Source: Geosiphon pyriformis uo1 | Lineage: Eukaryota; Fungi; Glomeromycota | DNA length: 64,000 bases | Direction of reading: 5' to 3' | Assembly (NCBI GenBank): GCA_016748015.1 | Contig: JAAOMT010000786.1 | Location: 747,814 to 811,813 of the forward strand | Shown here: positions 10,245-22,500 of the stretch, one piece after another | How positions within the stretch are numbered: the first letter of the stretch is position 1 | How the letters are laid out: the number at the start of each line of letters is the position of its first letter | The notes under the pieces: generated by a model | Seen by the model: only the letters and a program-made list of their open reading frames with translations | The model's database searches: none | Told to the model about the DNA's origin: nothing | Made by a program: the position numbers and the translations under genes

Positions 10245-12617
10245 TTATGTGTGTCTCATTCTTGACAAACAGTCAGCATTAGCATTTTTGGTACCTTCTT
10301 TGTATTTGATAATATAATCGTATGGTGCTAACGTTTGTGACCATCTGGCATATTTTCCTTTTAGCGCTTTCTTGTTATTTAACCAGACCAGACCTCTATG
10401 ATCTATCGTAATCTCAAAGAGTTGGTACCGTAAATATGTGTCAAAGTGAACACAACTCCAGACTACTGCTAAGTATTCAAGTTCATGTGCTGCGTAGTTT
10501 TGTTCTGCCGTACTGAGACTTCTGCTGGCATAAGCAATTACACGTTCTCTTCTATTATCATCTTTTTGTAACAGAATGGCTCCAAGTCCAGTTCCAGAGA
10601 CATCTGTGGCCAAAATGAATTTCTTGTTGAAATTTGGATAGATCATTATTGGTGATTCAATGAGCTTTTGTCTAAGGTACTCAAAAGCTTTTTGTTGTGT
10701 TTCAGTCCATTCAAACTTCACATTTTTAGATAGTAGGTAATTAAGGGTTTTGGCGATGTTTGAAAAGTTTTCTACAAAGTGGCAGTAGTAAGATGCGAGT
10801 CCTAAAAAGCTTCTAACTTCTGAGACGTTTCGAGGTACTGGAAAATTTTTCACTTTGTCTATTTTTGATGGATCTGGTTTTATTCCATCTTTTCCAACTA
10901 TGTGTCCTAAAAATGCTAGCTCATTTTTCCCAAAGAAACATTTTTCTAGATTTAGTTTAAGTCCAGCATGTCTCAATCTCTTAAAAACTTGTTGTAAATG
11001 TTGGAGATGATTCGTGAATTTTGACGAGAAAACATTTGTATCATCCAAGTAGACAACAACGGATTGCCACAGGATTCCGGAGTAAATTACGTCCATTAGT
11101 CTTTGGAATGTCGCGGGAGCGTTTGTTAATCCAAATGGCATTACATTGAACTCATAATTGCCATTTTGTGTTGTGAATGCTGTTTTATGCCTGTCCTTTG
11201 GGTCCATTTCCACTTGCCAGTACCCACTGGTCAAGTCTAGTGTAGAAAACCATTTTGCTCCTCCAAAAACATCGAAGATTTCGTCAATTAACGGTATTGG
11301 GTATGAGTCTTTGGTTGTTTTGCTGTTTAGTTTGCGATAGTTGATGCAAAATCTAATTTTTCCGTTCTTTTTCCTTACTAAAACAACTGGTGAGGACCAT
11401 GGGCTCATTGATGGTTGTATTATTCCTTTTTCTAACATGCTTTGGACTTCTTCTCTGATAAAATTATGCTCCATTGGTGGGACACGGTAAGCATTTTGTT
11501 TTTCAGGTTTGGCGTCTCCAGTGGGAATTTGGTGTTGAACCAAGTTGGTTCTTCCAAATTCGCCATTTCTTGAAAATATATCAGAGTATTTTAAAATTAA
11601 TGCTTTTAATTGTCGCTGTTGGTCAGGATCCATTGTTCCAATGTTTAATTTGGCCAATTTTTCTAGCGTAAATTGATAGCATTCTACCGGTTGTTGCCAA
11701 TTTATTGAAGTGAGTTCACAGTAGAGGGCAATTTCTGGGAAATTTAGAATTTCTTGTGGTGTTGACGCGTTTTCTAGCTCCGTTCTGAGGTATCCAATGA
11801 TGGTATCTTCCGGAATGTAGACGGGTTCTTCTGTGGTGTTTGCGATAGGAATTTTTATCCATTGAGCTTTATCAGCTGGAATAAAAAAGTTAGTAAGTCC
11901 TATGAGAAACTGTTGGCAAGTTTCTGGGTAGGGCTTAAATATTAGGTCTTTTTCTTTAATTGTCCTTTTTATTCTTATTTCTGATTTTCCATATGGTAGG
12001 AGCGTGATGGACCGCTCATTTTTAATTACTTCGCCTTTTTCCTCTATTGTTTCAGCGAAATTTGCTTCAATTCCTTTTCCTGTCGATCCGAAACCAAAAG
12101 TTCCTCTCGTTGTTTGTGACAATTTCTCACGATTTTCCACTGGCACAAATTTCCCAATTTTTACCAATGGTAGGAAAATTGCTTGTGCAATCTTTTCCTT
12201 AGATTCAATGGTATAAGGCTTTTCTGAATTGTTCTGTAGCAAAACCATCAAATTTCCAGTGTATCCGGAGTCAATTACTCCTTCTTGAACACTTATTCCT
12301 TTTTTCGCAAGGCTTGATCGTGACGCCATTTGAACCATTATTCCTGGCGGAATTTCAACTGCTAATTTTAAGTCAATTTTGGTGATGCTCCTGAGTGGTA
12401 ACGTTGTGGATTGGTCTTCCGGATAACGTAGATCGAATCCGGCGTCGGTTGGATGGGCTCTTTCGGATATTATTCCTAAGTGCCCGTTGTCGAAGTATCG
12501 AATGTCGGTCACCTGTTCTAGGTCGGTATAGGCTATAAATTTTTCTGACTCGGGACCATCAAGTGAGTCTTGTTGATTTATTGATTGATTTTGAGACTGC
12601 TGATTCTCAATTTCCAT
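10245..12617 (-). CDS. Pol: dUTPase - reverse transcriptase - RNase H
   Basis: dUTPase motifs AGFDL, SRSSLA, GVIDSGYTG, KIAQ, RGTFGFGSTG; RT SPWSSPVVLV, LDLTSGYWQV, MPFGLTNAPATFQ, YLDD; RNaseH ATDVSGTGLGA, NADCLSR. Confidence 0.97.
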   Translation of the reverse strand: MEIENQQSQNQSINQQDSLDGPESEKFIAYTDLEQVTDIRYFDNGHLGIISERAHPTDAGFDLRYPEDQSTTLPLRSITKIDLKLAVEIPPGIMVQMASRSSLAKKGISVQEGVIDSGYTGNLMVLLQNNSEKPYTIESKEKIAQAIFLPLVKIGKFVPVENREKLSQTTRGTFGFGSTGKGIEANFAETIEEKGEVIKNERSITLLPYGKSEIRIKRTIKEKDLIFKPYPETCQQFLIGLTNFFIPADKAQWIKIPIANTTEEPVYIPEDTIIGYLRTELENASTPQEILNFPEIALYCELTSINWQQPVECYQFTLEKLAKLNIGTMDPDQQRQLKALILKYSDIFSRNGEFGRTNLVQHQIPTGDAKPEKQNAYRVPPMEHNFIREEVQSMLEKGIIQPSMSPWSSPVVLVRKKNGKIRFCINYRKLNSKTTKDSYPIPLIDEIFDVFGGAKWFSTLDLTSGYWQVEMDPKDRHKTAFTTQNGNYEFNVMPFGLTNAPATFQRLMDVIYSGILWQSVVVYLDDTNVFSSKFTNHLQHLQQVFKRLRHAGLKLNLEKCFFGKNELAFLGHIVGKDGIKPDPSKIDKVKNFPVPRNVSEVRSFLGLASYYCHFVENFSNIAKTLNYLLSKNVKFEWTETQQKAFEYLRQKLIESPIMIYPNFNKKFILATDVSGTGLGAILLQKDDNRRERVIAYASRSLSTAEQNYAAHELEYLAVVWSCVHFDTYLRYQLFEITIDHRGLVWLNNKKALKGKYARWSQTLAPYDYIIKYKEGTKNANADCLSRMRHT

Positions 12618-12641
12618 TTTTCTTTCTAAGTCTCTTTCGTC

Positions 12642-15600
12642 TTAACACTCTTCACAGCACTGACTTTGGCACAGGATGAGACAGTTTTCACAGAGGTAAG
12701 TGTTGATTTGGGCGAGGTATTGTTCTTGCTCTTGTCGAGTGGGGCATAGTTGTTGGTAGTAGTCCTGGAATTCGTCCACTGGGTCGAACATGTTGTAGCT
12801 GGCGACTTCGTCGGCTACTTCGGCTGACTCTTTCCAACGTCGTATTTCTTCGGCGGTTCCTCCTCTTACTTTGGCTTGTGCGGTGTTGTACAACTCGTCC
12901 TCGTCGTGTGGGTAGTGCTGTAGTCTTTTTAACGCTCTGTTGAACGCTGCTTCGAACGGCGTTCCTCCTCTTACCCAGTCACAGATGNNNNNNNNNNNNN
13001 NNNNNNNNNNNNNNNNNNNNNNNNNNNNNNNNNNNNNNNNNNNNNNNNNNNNNNNNNNNNNNNNNNNNNNNNNNNNNNNNNNNNNNNNNNNNNNNNNNNN
13101 NNNNNNNNNNNNNNNNNNNNNNNNNNNNNNNNNNNNNNNNNNNNNNNNNNNNNNNNNNNNNNNNNNNNNNNNNNNNNNNNNNNNNNNNNNNNNNNNNNNN
13201 NNNNNNNNNNNNNNNNNNNNNNNNNNNNNNNNNNNNNNNNNNNNNNNNNNNNNNNNNNNNNNNNNNNNNNNNNNNNNNNNNNNNNNNNNNNNNNNNNNNN
13301 NNNNNNNNNNNNNNNNNNNNNNNNNNNNNNNNNNNNNNNNNNNNNNNNNNNNNNNNNNNNNNNNNNNNNNNNNNNNNNNNNNNNNNNNNNNNNNNNNNNN
13401 NNNNNNNNNNNNNNNNNNNNNNNNNNNNNNNNNNNNNNNNNNNNNNNNNNNNNNNNNNNNNNNNNNNNNNNNNNNNNNNNNNNNNNNNNNNNNNNNNNNN
13501 NNNNNNNNNNNNNNNNNNNNNNNNNNNNNNNNNNNNNNNNNNNNNNNNNNNNNNNNNNNNNNNNNNNNNNNNNNNNNNNNNNNNNNNNNNNNNNNNNNNN
13601 NNNNNNNNNNNNNNNNNNNNNNNNNNNNNNNNNNNNNNNNNNNNNNNNNNNNNNNNNNNNNNNNNNNNNNNNNNNNNNNNNNNNNNNNNNNNNNNNNNNN
13701 NNNNNNNNNNNNNNNNNNNNNNNNNNNNNNNNNNNNNNNNNNNNNNNNNNNNNNNNNNNNNNNNNNNNNNNNNNNNNNNNNNNNNNNNNNNNNNNNNNNN
13801 NNNNNNNNNNNNNNNNNNNNNNNNNNNNNNNNNNNNNNNNNNNNNNNNNNNNNNNNNNNNNNNNNNNNNNNNNNNNNNNNNNNNNNNNNNNNNNNNNNNN
13901 NNNNNNNNNNNNNNNNNNNNNNNCTCTGGACCAACGCGTTCTGGTTCCACATGGGCTGATTTCGGGCCTCGGGACGCCAATTCGGGTTGGCTATCATGGG
14001 CTGTTGCTGGTAAGCTCCTTGATTTTGATACGTGGTGGGATATTGGCATGGTATTGGCATGTACTGGTTTCTGGGCATTTGGGGTGGCGCGTAGTAATTA
14101 TTTTCGCATGCTTCCTGCATCATTCGCGTTCGACATTGACTAATCAAATGTCCTACGCGTTTGCAAAAATGGCAGGCGTGTGTTTCTGTTCTGAATTCCT
14201 GGCGTGATGGGCGATTATTTCGACTGTCGCTGACTTCCTGGCTGCGTCTTTGGAGTGGTTGGTATGTATTTTTTCTCGGATCCGGGATGAGGTAACTTTC
14301 TATTTTCTTAAAGAGTTTCTCCCCTAATCGCGTTACTCTTTTTTCTAATGTTTCTGTCTTATTTTTTTCCATTACCATGTTAACCATTTGACTATGGTTA
14401 GCTTCTTTCTCAGCCGATTCAAGGGCTCTGGCGAGCGTAACGGCTTCTGGTAAGGAATTAGGGTGAGCAGGGCGTACTCTTCCTAAAATGCTGCTTTTTA
14501 ATCCTCTAATAAACTGATTTAAAACCTGAGGATCAGTGTAGTATCCTTGTTCAATCGCTTCAATCTGACGGCAAATTTGATTGAATCGAGCAAGGTATTG
14601 GGTGACAGTTTCACTGGTATTTTGCTTAATAGTATTGAATTCGTTCTGTAGTTGGATTACGGCGTTTGGGTCGCTAAAATACTCCAGGAGTGCATTTTTA
14701 AATTTGGCGAAGCTCGTGGGTTTTGTTTCCAGGCTTTGATACCACGAGTCGGCTGTGCCTTTCAGGAAGAAAGGTAATGTTTGAATTGCTCTTTGGTCAT
14801 TCCAGTTATTTGCCTGGATGGCTTTTTGTGCTTCTCTGAGCCATGTGTGCACGTCCGTTTCTTCTTCCTCTCCTGAGAAATCTGTTAGTCTTACAATGTA
14901 TGGTGTGGTTATTTCATTGCCGTTTTCTGCTGGTGGGTTTATTGGTTTAAGAGAAGGTGGNNNNNNNNNNNNNNNNNNNNTTTTAATCCTCTACTAAACT
15001 GATTTAAAACCTGAGGATCAGTATAGTATCCTTGTTCAATCGCTTCAATCTGACGGCAAATTTGATTGAATCGAGCAAGGTATTGGGTGACAGTTTCACC
15101 AGTATTTTGCTTGATAGTATTGAATTTGTTCTGTAGTTGGATTATGGCGTTTGGGTCGCTAAAATACTCCAGGAGTGCATTTTTAAATTTGGCGAAGCTC
15201 GTGGGTTTTGTTTCCAGGCTTTGATACCACGAGTCGGCTGTGCCTTTCAGGAAGAAAGGTAATGTTTGAATTGCTCTTTGGTCATTCCAGTTATTTGCCT
15301 GGATGGCTTTTTGTGCTTCTCTGAGCCATGTGTGCACGTCCGTTTCTTCTTCCTCTCCTGAGAAATCTGTTAGTCTTACAATGTATGGTGTGGTTATTTC
15401 ATTGCCGTTTTCTGCTGGTGGGTTTATTGGTTTAAGAGAAGGTGGGATGATATTTCCTTGAGCGTTCCTAAAGGTGGCTTCCCTTATATCCGGTTCTTCC
15501 TCTTGATCATGAGTTTCTTGGTTTCTGGACTGGCTGCTTGTTCCAGTGACTGGTCTTGTGATTGTTTTTTCGCTGGTCTCTTTTTCGGATTCTGATTCAG

Positions 15601-16276
15601 ACTCCTCTTCACGGTTTTCAAACCCCGTTCTAAATTTTGGCTGAAAAAGAGGGTTTTTGAATAGTGATGAATATCCTTCTGTAATTGATATGTCTCACCA
15701 GTTACGTTGTTTAATTTTATCAATATAACTAGGAGTTTTTGGCGTTTGTGGAGTTGATGTTGATGATGATGCAGCTCCTAATGGAATTTGTATCTTATTT
15801 TCTGGTGAAAAATGGTATGATTTATCTTCTGGTGAATAAATACGTTGTTTCTTTATTGATTGAGTGACAGTTTTCTTTGGCGTTTGAGCTGGTGTTCCTA
15901 GTTTTTGCTGGTTACTTTCCTAATTAGTTTCTAAATTTTTTTTGGTTTTGTTGGCGTGTTCCCTAGTGTTTCCTATGGATATTGGAAAATTTTTGTTGGT
16001 GTATTGCTCAATTTCTCAATGGATTTTGACAATAGTTGTGGCTATTACTGTTACTTCTTTTGTAGTGTATTGTGATAATTCTCTATACAATCCAAGTTTT
16101 GCGTCGTGTGGTTCTTCTTCCTTTCCTATATAATAATTTATTCTGGCGTTAATATAATAAGTGAGGGCAGATTCTGCTGGACAACACTCTTCTGGTAATC
16201 CAAAATCACTTTGATTTTGTGTGTAAATAGCACGGCAGAATTCAAGAACAGTAAGATTAGGGGTTTTTGTCGCCAC
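12642..16276 (-). CDS. Gag (capsid-like plus CCHC knuckle) of element B; protease expected in gap 12988-13923; broken by gaps, a duplication and stops
   Basis: Retrotrans_gag-like WLREAQKAIQANNW...IKQNTSETVTQYLARF; CHFCKRVGHLISQC; Cys-rich tail CENCLILCQSQCCEEC. Confidence 0.85.
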
Positions 16277-16343
16277 TTTTGTCTTTTCTTTTTTAGCAAT
16301 GAATTATTGCTAATTATTATTTCNNNNNNNNNNNNNNNNNNNN

Positions 16344-16643
16344 TCTTGATAAGTTATGATTTTTATTACGTGATTGATTCTTTCCCAATATTAAAACTAC
16401 TGTATATAGACATGTTTGTAGTTCTACGAGAAAATACTTTCTTTTTGATATTTCAACCTGGTGCTTGCTGCTATCACCAGTTGGTGTTGGCTGCTATTGT
16501 GAACTGGTGCTTGCCACTATCACGAGATGGTGTTTGCTACTATGTTAATCATTACCTTTCTAAGATTATTACTGTGCTATATTATGATTGAATAGTTTGT
16601 ATTATTTTTATGATTCTTTTTACTAAATTCTTAAACCGTAACA
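16344..16643 (-). repeat. 5' LTR of element B (partial; remainder and PBS lost in gap 16324-16343)
   Basis: About 5 differences in ~298 bp versus the 3' LTR; ends GTAACA. Confidence 0.9.
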
Positions 16644-18106
16644 CCGGCTAAAAATCCCTCAATTTTCTGAGTTAATTTCTCACTTAATTGAGTTATTTTT
16701 GTGTCAATATCAGATATTCTATTGATAGTCAAGTTAATAGCTTGAGTATGGTTAGTCTTTTATTCTGCTGACTCAAAATCATGAGCAAGAATAATTGCTT
16801 CTTATAGGTTTGTTGGGTGGTGAGGTCTCACAGATCGGAAGAGACTGCTTTTTAATCCTTTGACAAATTGGTTAAAAATTTGTACCACAGTGTAGTAATC
16901 CTTTTCAATGGCCTGTATTTGACAAAAGATTTGGTTGAATTATCCAAGATAAGTGGTTACTGCTTCATGGTTTTTTTGTTTTATAATACTGAACTGATTT
17001 TGTAATCTAATGAGAGTGTTGGAGTCACAAAAGTATTGCAAAAAGACAAGTTTAAAGGTGGCAAAGTTGGTTGGTTTCTCTGCAAGGCTTTAATACCATG
17101 AGTCTGCAGTTCTAATCAGAAAGAATGGCAATACTTAAATGACTTTATCATTATTATAATTGTTGGTGATAATGACTTTCTCAGCTTCCACGATCCATAT
17201 ATATGCATCATCTTTTTCATTGGAAAATTTCTCTAATTTGGTGATATCTCAGTAAGTCATAATCTGGTAAGTAGGTGGAGTTATGCTGATTGATGCCAAA
17301 GAGTTTGGTGTTTACATATTAAAGTGTTCTCCTGGTGCTAATTCTGGTTGTTTCTCTTTGTTAATTTTTCCAATGGGCTGGAGGATAGCTGTTTCTTTGG
17401 AGAGGGTGGTTGATGATTCAGTTAATGGTTGGGTTGGTGGTAATTCCCATGTCAACATATTTTTGTCTGTTTTGTTAAGTGTTGGAGTGAGATTTCCAAA
17501 CAACGATTCATATTCTTCTAATGATTTGGTTCAACTATGTTGATTCTAAGGATGTAGATTTCCAAAAGTTTGTGGTGTTTCCAACTGGATTTCCAGAGGT
17601 GGGTTGAATACAATTTTACTTTGAAGTGTCTGATAGTATGATGAAATTGTTGGGAAGAGGAACTTTGGTTTCTTGTTGACCATGGACTTGGCTTAGACAG
17701 TTATGGGGTTGTTGGATTCGTTTTTGTATTCCTCAGGGTTAGATTTCACTGGTTGTTGTACTTGAGAGAATCACTTTGCCACATAATATTTAATGTCTGT
17801 ATTGATTATGCGCAGAGTTTTAGTGATTGCTCAGGTAGTCGTGGCTGTTGAGTACCCTAATAAGCTTTAATAAATTTGTTTTTCCAGTTTTTCTGTGTCA
17901 GTTGTGCAGCCTAATAAGCAGTTGATTTTTGTATTAATATAGTTACAAAAATCACTTTCTGTGTAAACAGTTTCTGCTGGTATTCTTAGGTCTTTTCGAA
18001 AGTATTGAAATAGTGCTCTTCCGTATGGAGAGTGGTTTTTTCTTACTGTTCCAATAGTCACCACTTTTGTGTATTTCTGGGGTGCTCTGTTTCTGTGGAT
18101 TTATAA

Positions 18107-18123
18107 CCTCACAAGGAGCACCA
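18107..18123 (-). other. Primer binding site of element A
   Basis: Minus TGGTGCTCCTTGTGAGG, 2 nt after the LTR end; complementary to a tRNA 3' end ...CCUCACAAGGAGCACCA. Confidence 0.88.
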
Positions 18124-18125
18124 AA

Positions 18126-19229
18126 TGTTATGGGTAAACTTGGTGGGTAATAGAAATAGTAATATTTGGTGTTCTCAATTATAGGTGATGTGTCTTCTAC
18201 ATAATTCTGTTGGCTTAGTTTTAATTATCAGTCTCTGAAAATCTATTTTTGGATGTGAATTTACCTATTGAGTTCTTTGGTTATAAGGCACAAAGTTTGT
18301 TTTTCATTAATTACAATGTTTTCTGTAAATATGAGCTTTCTTCTTTGAGCTAATGAGCACAGTTGTTAGAATCTGGCGTTGTCTTTTCACTCTTCTGGTA
18401 AGCTAACAAGATAATGTTAATATCCAAAACCTAGAGAGAGCCTTCCTCTTTTACTAGGCTACTACGAAGTCTATTCCCAAACAGTCAATTTTACTATGTT
18501 GTCACTCCACAAAAGAAAATAAGGAAGAAAAAAAAAGAAAAAAAAAAAAGATAAATTAGTATTGTTAATCACCATAATCAAGAGCAATTGGTTTAAGTCG
18601 TTAATAATTTAAGACGATTATACTAAAAACATCTGTTCTGGAACAAAGGTACAAAACAATAATTAATTCATGTAAATTCTACATAGTTCAAGCACATGAA
18701 TTCGTGATTTTGATTTCTTAATAATGAATTTATTTCAGAAGATGAATATGAAATATAATAAATAAGAAGGAGATATAGATATTTGTTTTTTTTTTAGTAA
18801 TTCATATCTATCTGTTTGTTTTCTTTTTCTATCTTCTACAACTACTTGCTTTTATACATTTTTTTGGTTTTACAAGATTGCTTCTAATTGTTTCATTATT
18901 GCTAACTATTGTTTTTGTTATTTCTGTTATTGCTTTGTTTTTTTATATTATTACCAGTTATCCTATATTATAACACATTATCTGGTGTTATTACATGTTA
19001 TTCTGTGTTATCTTATGTTATAACATGTTATCTGGTGTTATTATATGTTATTCTGTGTTATCTTATGTTATAACGTGTTATTCTGTATTATCCTACATTA
19101 TAACGTGTTATTTTGTGCTATCCTAAGTTATAATATGTTATCCAACATTATTGTGCATTATTTTGTGTTATGTTATGTTCTGGTTATGTTTCTTTCTAAC
19201 TTCGGATCAGTTTTTTTACTCAGATAACA
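18126..19229 (-). repeat. 5' LTR of element A (1104 bp)
   Basis: TGTTAT...ATAACA inverted termini, adjacent PBS, internal tandem repeats at ~18950-19140. Confidence 0.92.
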
Positions 19230-19523
19230 GTATACATAAAAATATGTGATCAGAGTCTTTTAATATTTTACATTAGATACAAGCTATATTTAGATATTTT
19301 GAATTATACAATTTCTTTTTTTTGGCTACAAGTAGGCAGTAATATAATACTTTTATAAAATAAAATTAAAATGCTACCAAAAAAGAGCTAATATAACTGA
19401 AGCAAATTTTATTATTAGAGTACTAAACATTAAATATTTTAATCATATTAAAATTACTATTAATATTTGAATTTATAATATTATAATAACATTTAAACTT
19501 TTAACTAATGAAATTAATCATAT
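19230..19523 (-). mobile_element. LINE ORF2 C-terminal fragment (zf-RVT-like), continuation of 25936-26690
   Basis: Minus translation CLLVAKKKKLYNSKYLNIACI*CKILKDSDHIFLC; joins 25936 in frame across the ATAT TSD. Confidence 0.75.
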
Positions 19524-22500
19524 TGTTATTCATAGAAATTAAGAATTATAATAATAGATAAAATAGCCAATCAGAAATAGATATAATAAAAAGAAGAATT
19601 TCAGAATTTTAAGATTTCTCTTAAGAAATTACAAAATTTTAAAGAATCTTGTATAATATAAATTATATATATATAATAAAAGTATTAAAGCAAAAAAAGT
19701 AATTTTAGAAGAATGCAATAGAATAAATAGAATTTATTAAAGTTCAAAAAAAACAATACTCTTTCTTTTAAAAAATAGTTTTCTATAACTTAAAGTAAAA
19801 TTATTTCTATATAAATAAAACATTTATTATTACTCAAATTTATGTTATTATTATTTGATTAAAGAAATATTAATTTATTTCACTTTATTTATCTTTTATG
19901 TTAATAAAACCCAATACTTAATCATACTAAAACAATAGCTTTTAATCATGGCTATTAATGAAATACTAATTTCTTGGTTTTTTTTTATTTTTTATTTTTT
20001 TTATTTTGTTTTATTTCTTTGTTGTTTATTAATTAATTAAAAAAATTAAGTATTGAGTATTTAATATTAAAGATAATTTGATAAAAAATCCAAGAACAAA
20101 AATAAAAATTTAAGAATATCTTACTAGAAAGATACAACTGTTAAAATAAACTGATTATCATACTAAAAAAAAAATTCACAGAAAAAACCATTAATTAAAT
20201 CTCTGTTTATTATACAAAGAACTTAATCAAAATCTTTAAACTTTAAAATTTCCAGAAATTATAGACATTCTTAGCTATTAAGCACTAAATTATAAGTTTG
20301 TTATTTGTTTTAACATTTCAAATAATTATTTGTAATATTTGGTGCTCTTTGTAAGATATAATTCAACAGAAAATTAATACCAACATCAATTATTCAAAAA
20401 AATAACAGACCAAGAAATCATAAGAAAAAATCATTTAGGATTTATGAAATTTTTATTTCAATATTACCAAATTCATTTTAGACTAACAAATAATTATTGA
20501 CTAGCAGAATTAGACTTCAACTTTTATGTTAATAAAAAAATTAAATCCTACTTAAAAAACCAAGAAGATTCAAAAGCTGCTCTTAAGAATTTCTACAATA
20601 AATTATTACAAAACACCACACTTCTATTAAACCATCTATTTGCACTACTAATATCAAAAATAAATAAGAAAATTAAGTATTACATTTAACAGAGATTTTT
20701 TATTACTTTTACAAACAAAGAGAAATTACAAACTTTAGCAAAAACACCAAAAAAAATACAACTGCCTAATTGAAAGAAACCAAGAGTCATTTTACTCATT
20801 GTTATTCATAGAATATAGGAAATATATTATTATTATTTAGTAGATATTAGCCAATCAGATGTAGACATAGTAAATATAAAATTCCAAGATTCTTCTCAGA
20901 GGAATTGCAGGATTCCAGGAATTTAAGGATTCCCTGACAAGGAATCGCAGGATTCCAAGAATTCCAGGATTCTTGTCACAAGAAATTGAGAAATTAAAGA
21001 ATCTCAAATATGTATATATAGCAGTAGAGTTAGAAGCAGAAAAGACAGAATCGATACCACAGAATCATTAGTCTAAAAACACAATCATCAAATAAATAAT
21101 TATTTCATATCTCAATCCACTCTCCACTATCAATACTTCATGTTAATAGTAATTGATACTTAACCATACTGGAACAATAGCTCTTGATCATGGCTATTAA
21201 TGGGATACTAATCTGCAAATTGCCTTGGCTTATTTCTTTAGATTTCTTTATTTTCCTTTATTTTCTGTGATTTTGTTATTGTGCATTAACCAATTAATTA
21301 AAAGTGCTGATTACTGACATCAAGGATTGCCTGGTAAAAGATCTCTGTGAGTGGGTAGGACATATACAGAAGATACAGATTACTTACCAGAGGATTGCCG
21401 GCCACCAAGCCGAGAAAAAAATTGACAAACTTGCAAGTCTGGAAAGCTACAGATAAAACAACTATTGAATTTTTGTCTATTATATAAAAGACTCCATCAA
21501 AACCTTCAGATACAACACTTTCAGAACATCATCAACAGAAATAGCTTTTTGAGCACCAAGTTACAGGTTGTCATTTAATCCAACATCAGAACTTGTTATC
21601 TATAATATCATTAACCTGTTATATTACCATATACCAAAAAGTATTATTCACATACTATCTGAATTCACATTACCATTAACTATAAAAACACTATTAGCAA
21701 AAGTACCATTCCAAAATAATTAAAAGAAAACCAAATTACTAGAAATCTATAGTGATTTTTTTAAAGAATTTAAATTCTGACCAACAATACTATTAAGACT
21801 TCAATTATCACTATCTCAACCAAATTTCGGATCTATCAGTTATTAAAAAAATATCAAATTAAAAGAAAAAAAAACAGTGATCAAGAAAATAATAATTAAA
21901 ATCCAATTTCAAATAACTCAGAAGTACAAACTCTGATTGTTTAAACTCTGTAAAACCCAAACAATCTAAACTCTACTTTTATTTTTTAGCAAAACTTATC
22001 TTCAATTATTGTGATCAATTCACCAGTTGCATTAATTGCCATATCACAACCACAATCTTAACAGTAACTATAATAACAACAACTTATATTAATGATATAT
22101 GTACCTATTGCCAAATTTAAAAAATTCACCAGTAAAAAGAACAACACTCAAGCATAGCTAAATAATGTGAAAAAAGCCATTGCAATTAACAGATAAGATA
22201 ATACCAGAGCAATTTAAGCCATCTCATACTTTTTTCAGAATACTGCTAACTTATAATATTAGAATCTTGTAAACAAATTTTAAGATTTTAACATGTTTAA
22301 AATCATGTTTTTACAATATTTAAATGATAATAATAGCTTAAATTATTTATTAACTAGTTTTATTATGATTAAATAAAGTAATACTAAAGCAGTTACTACT
22401 TATTTGGAATGCTTTTACAGAAATTTGTGTTAAATTCAGGCAATTTAAGCTGATTATTTTACAGTAACACAAATTTTAAACCAGTTTATTTGTAAATTAT

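Larger units (their letters stand above)
7156..16643 (-). mobile_element. Young Ty3/Gypsy LTR retrotransposon 'B' nested in gag of A
   Basis: Starts TGTTA at 7156 and ends TAACA at 16643. Flanks CTGG/CCGG form a 4-bp TSD with one transition. Removing B restores A gag in frame (EGFLAGTVGPY). Long open gag, pol and IN frames; five N gaps inside. Confidence 0.92.
1..19229 (-). mobile_element. Degenerate Ty3/Gypsy LTR retrotransposon 'A' with dUTPase; left LTR runs off the window; interrupted by element B
   Basis: Direct repeats 1-563 and ~18637-19229. PBS at 18107-18123 and PPT at 564-580. Stop-riddled remnants of gag (18060-16644 and 7155-~6500, CCHC remnant near 7000-7040), PR (~6420-6100), dUTPase (~5000-4590), RT (ORF 2969-3667, YLDN from YLDD), RNaseH and IN (2763-~1500). 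Confidence 0.93.

Noticed and set aside
12618-12644. Apparent gag/pol split or programmed readthrough in B
   Set aside because: The TAA is in frame with the downstream ORF (*DERDLERKM) and the same junction is open in A; likely a CAA>TAA mutation.
14480-15445. Tandem duplication of ~460 bp of gag in B
   Set aside because: Near-identical copies flank a 20-N gap, typical of unmerged contig overlap in a repeat.
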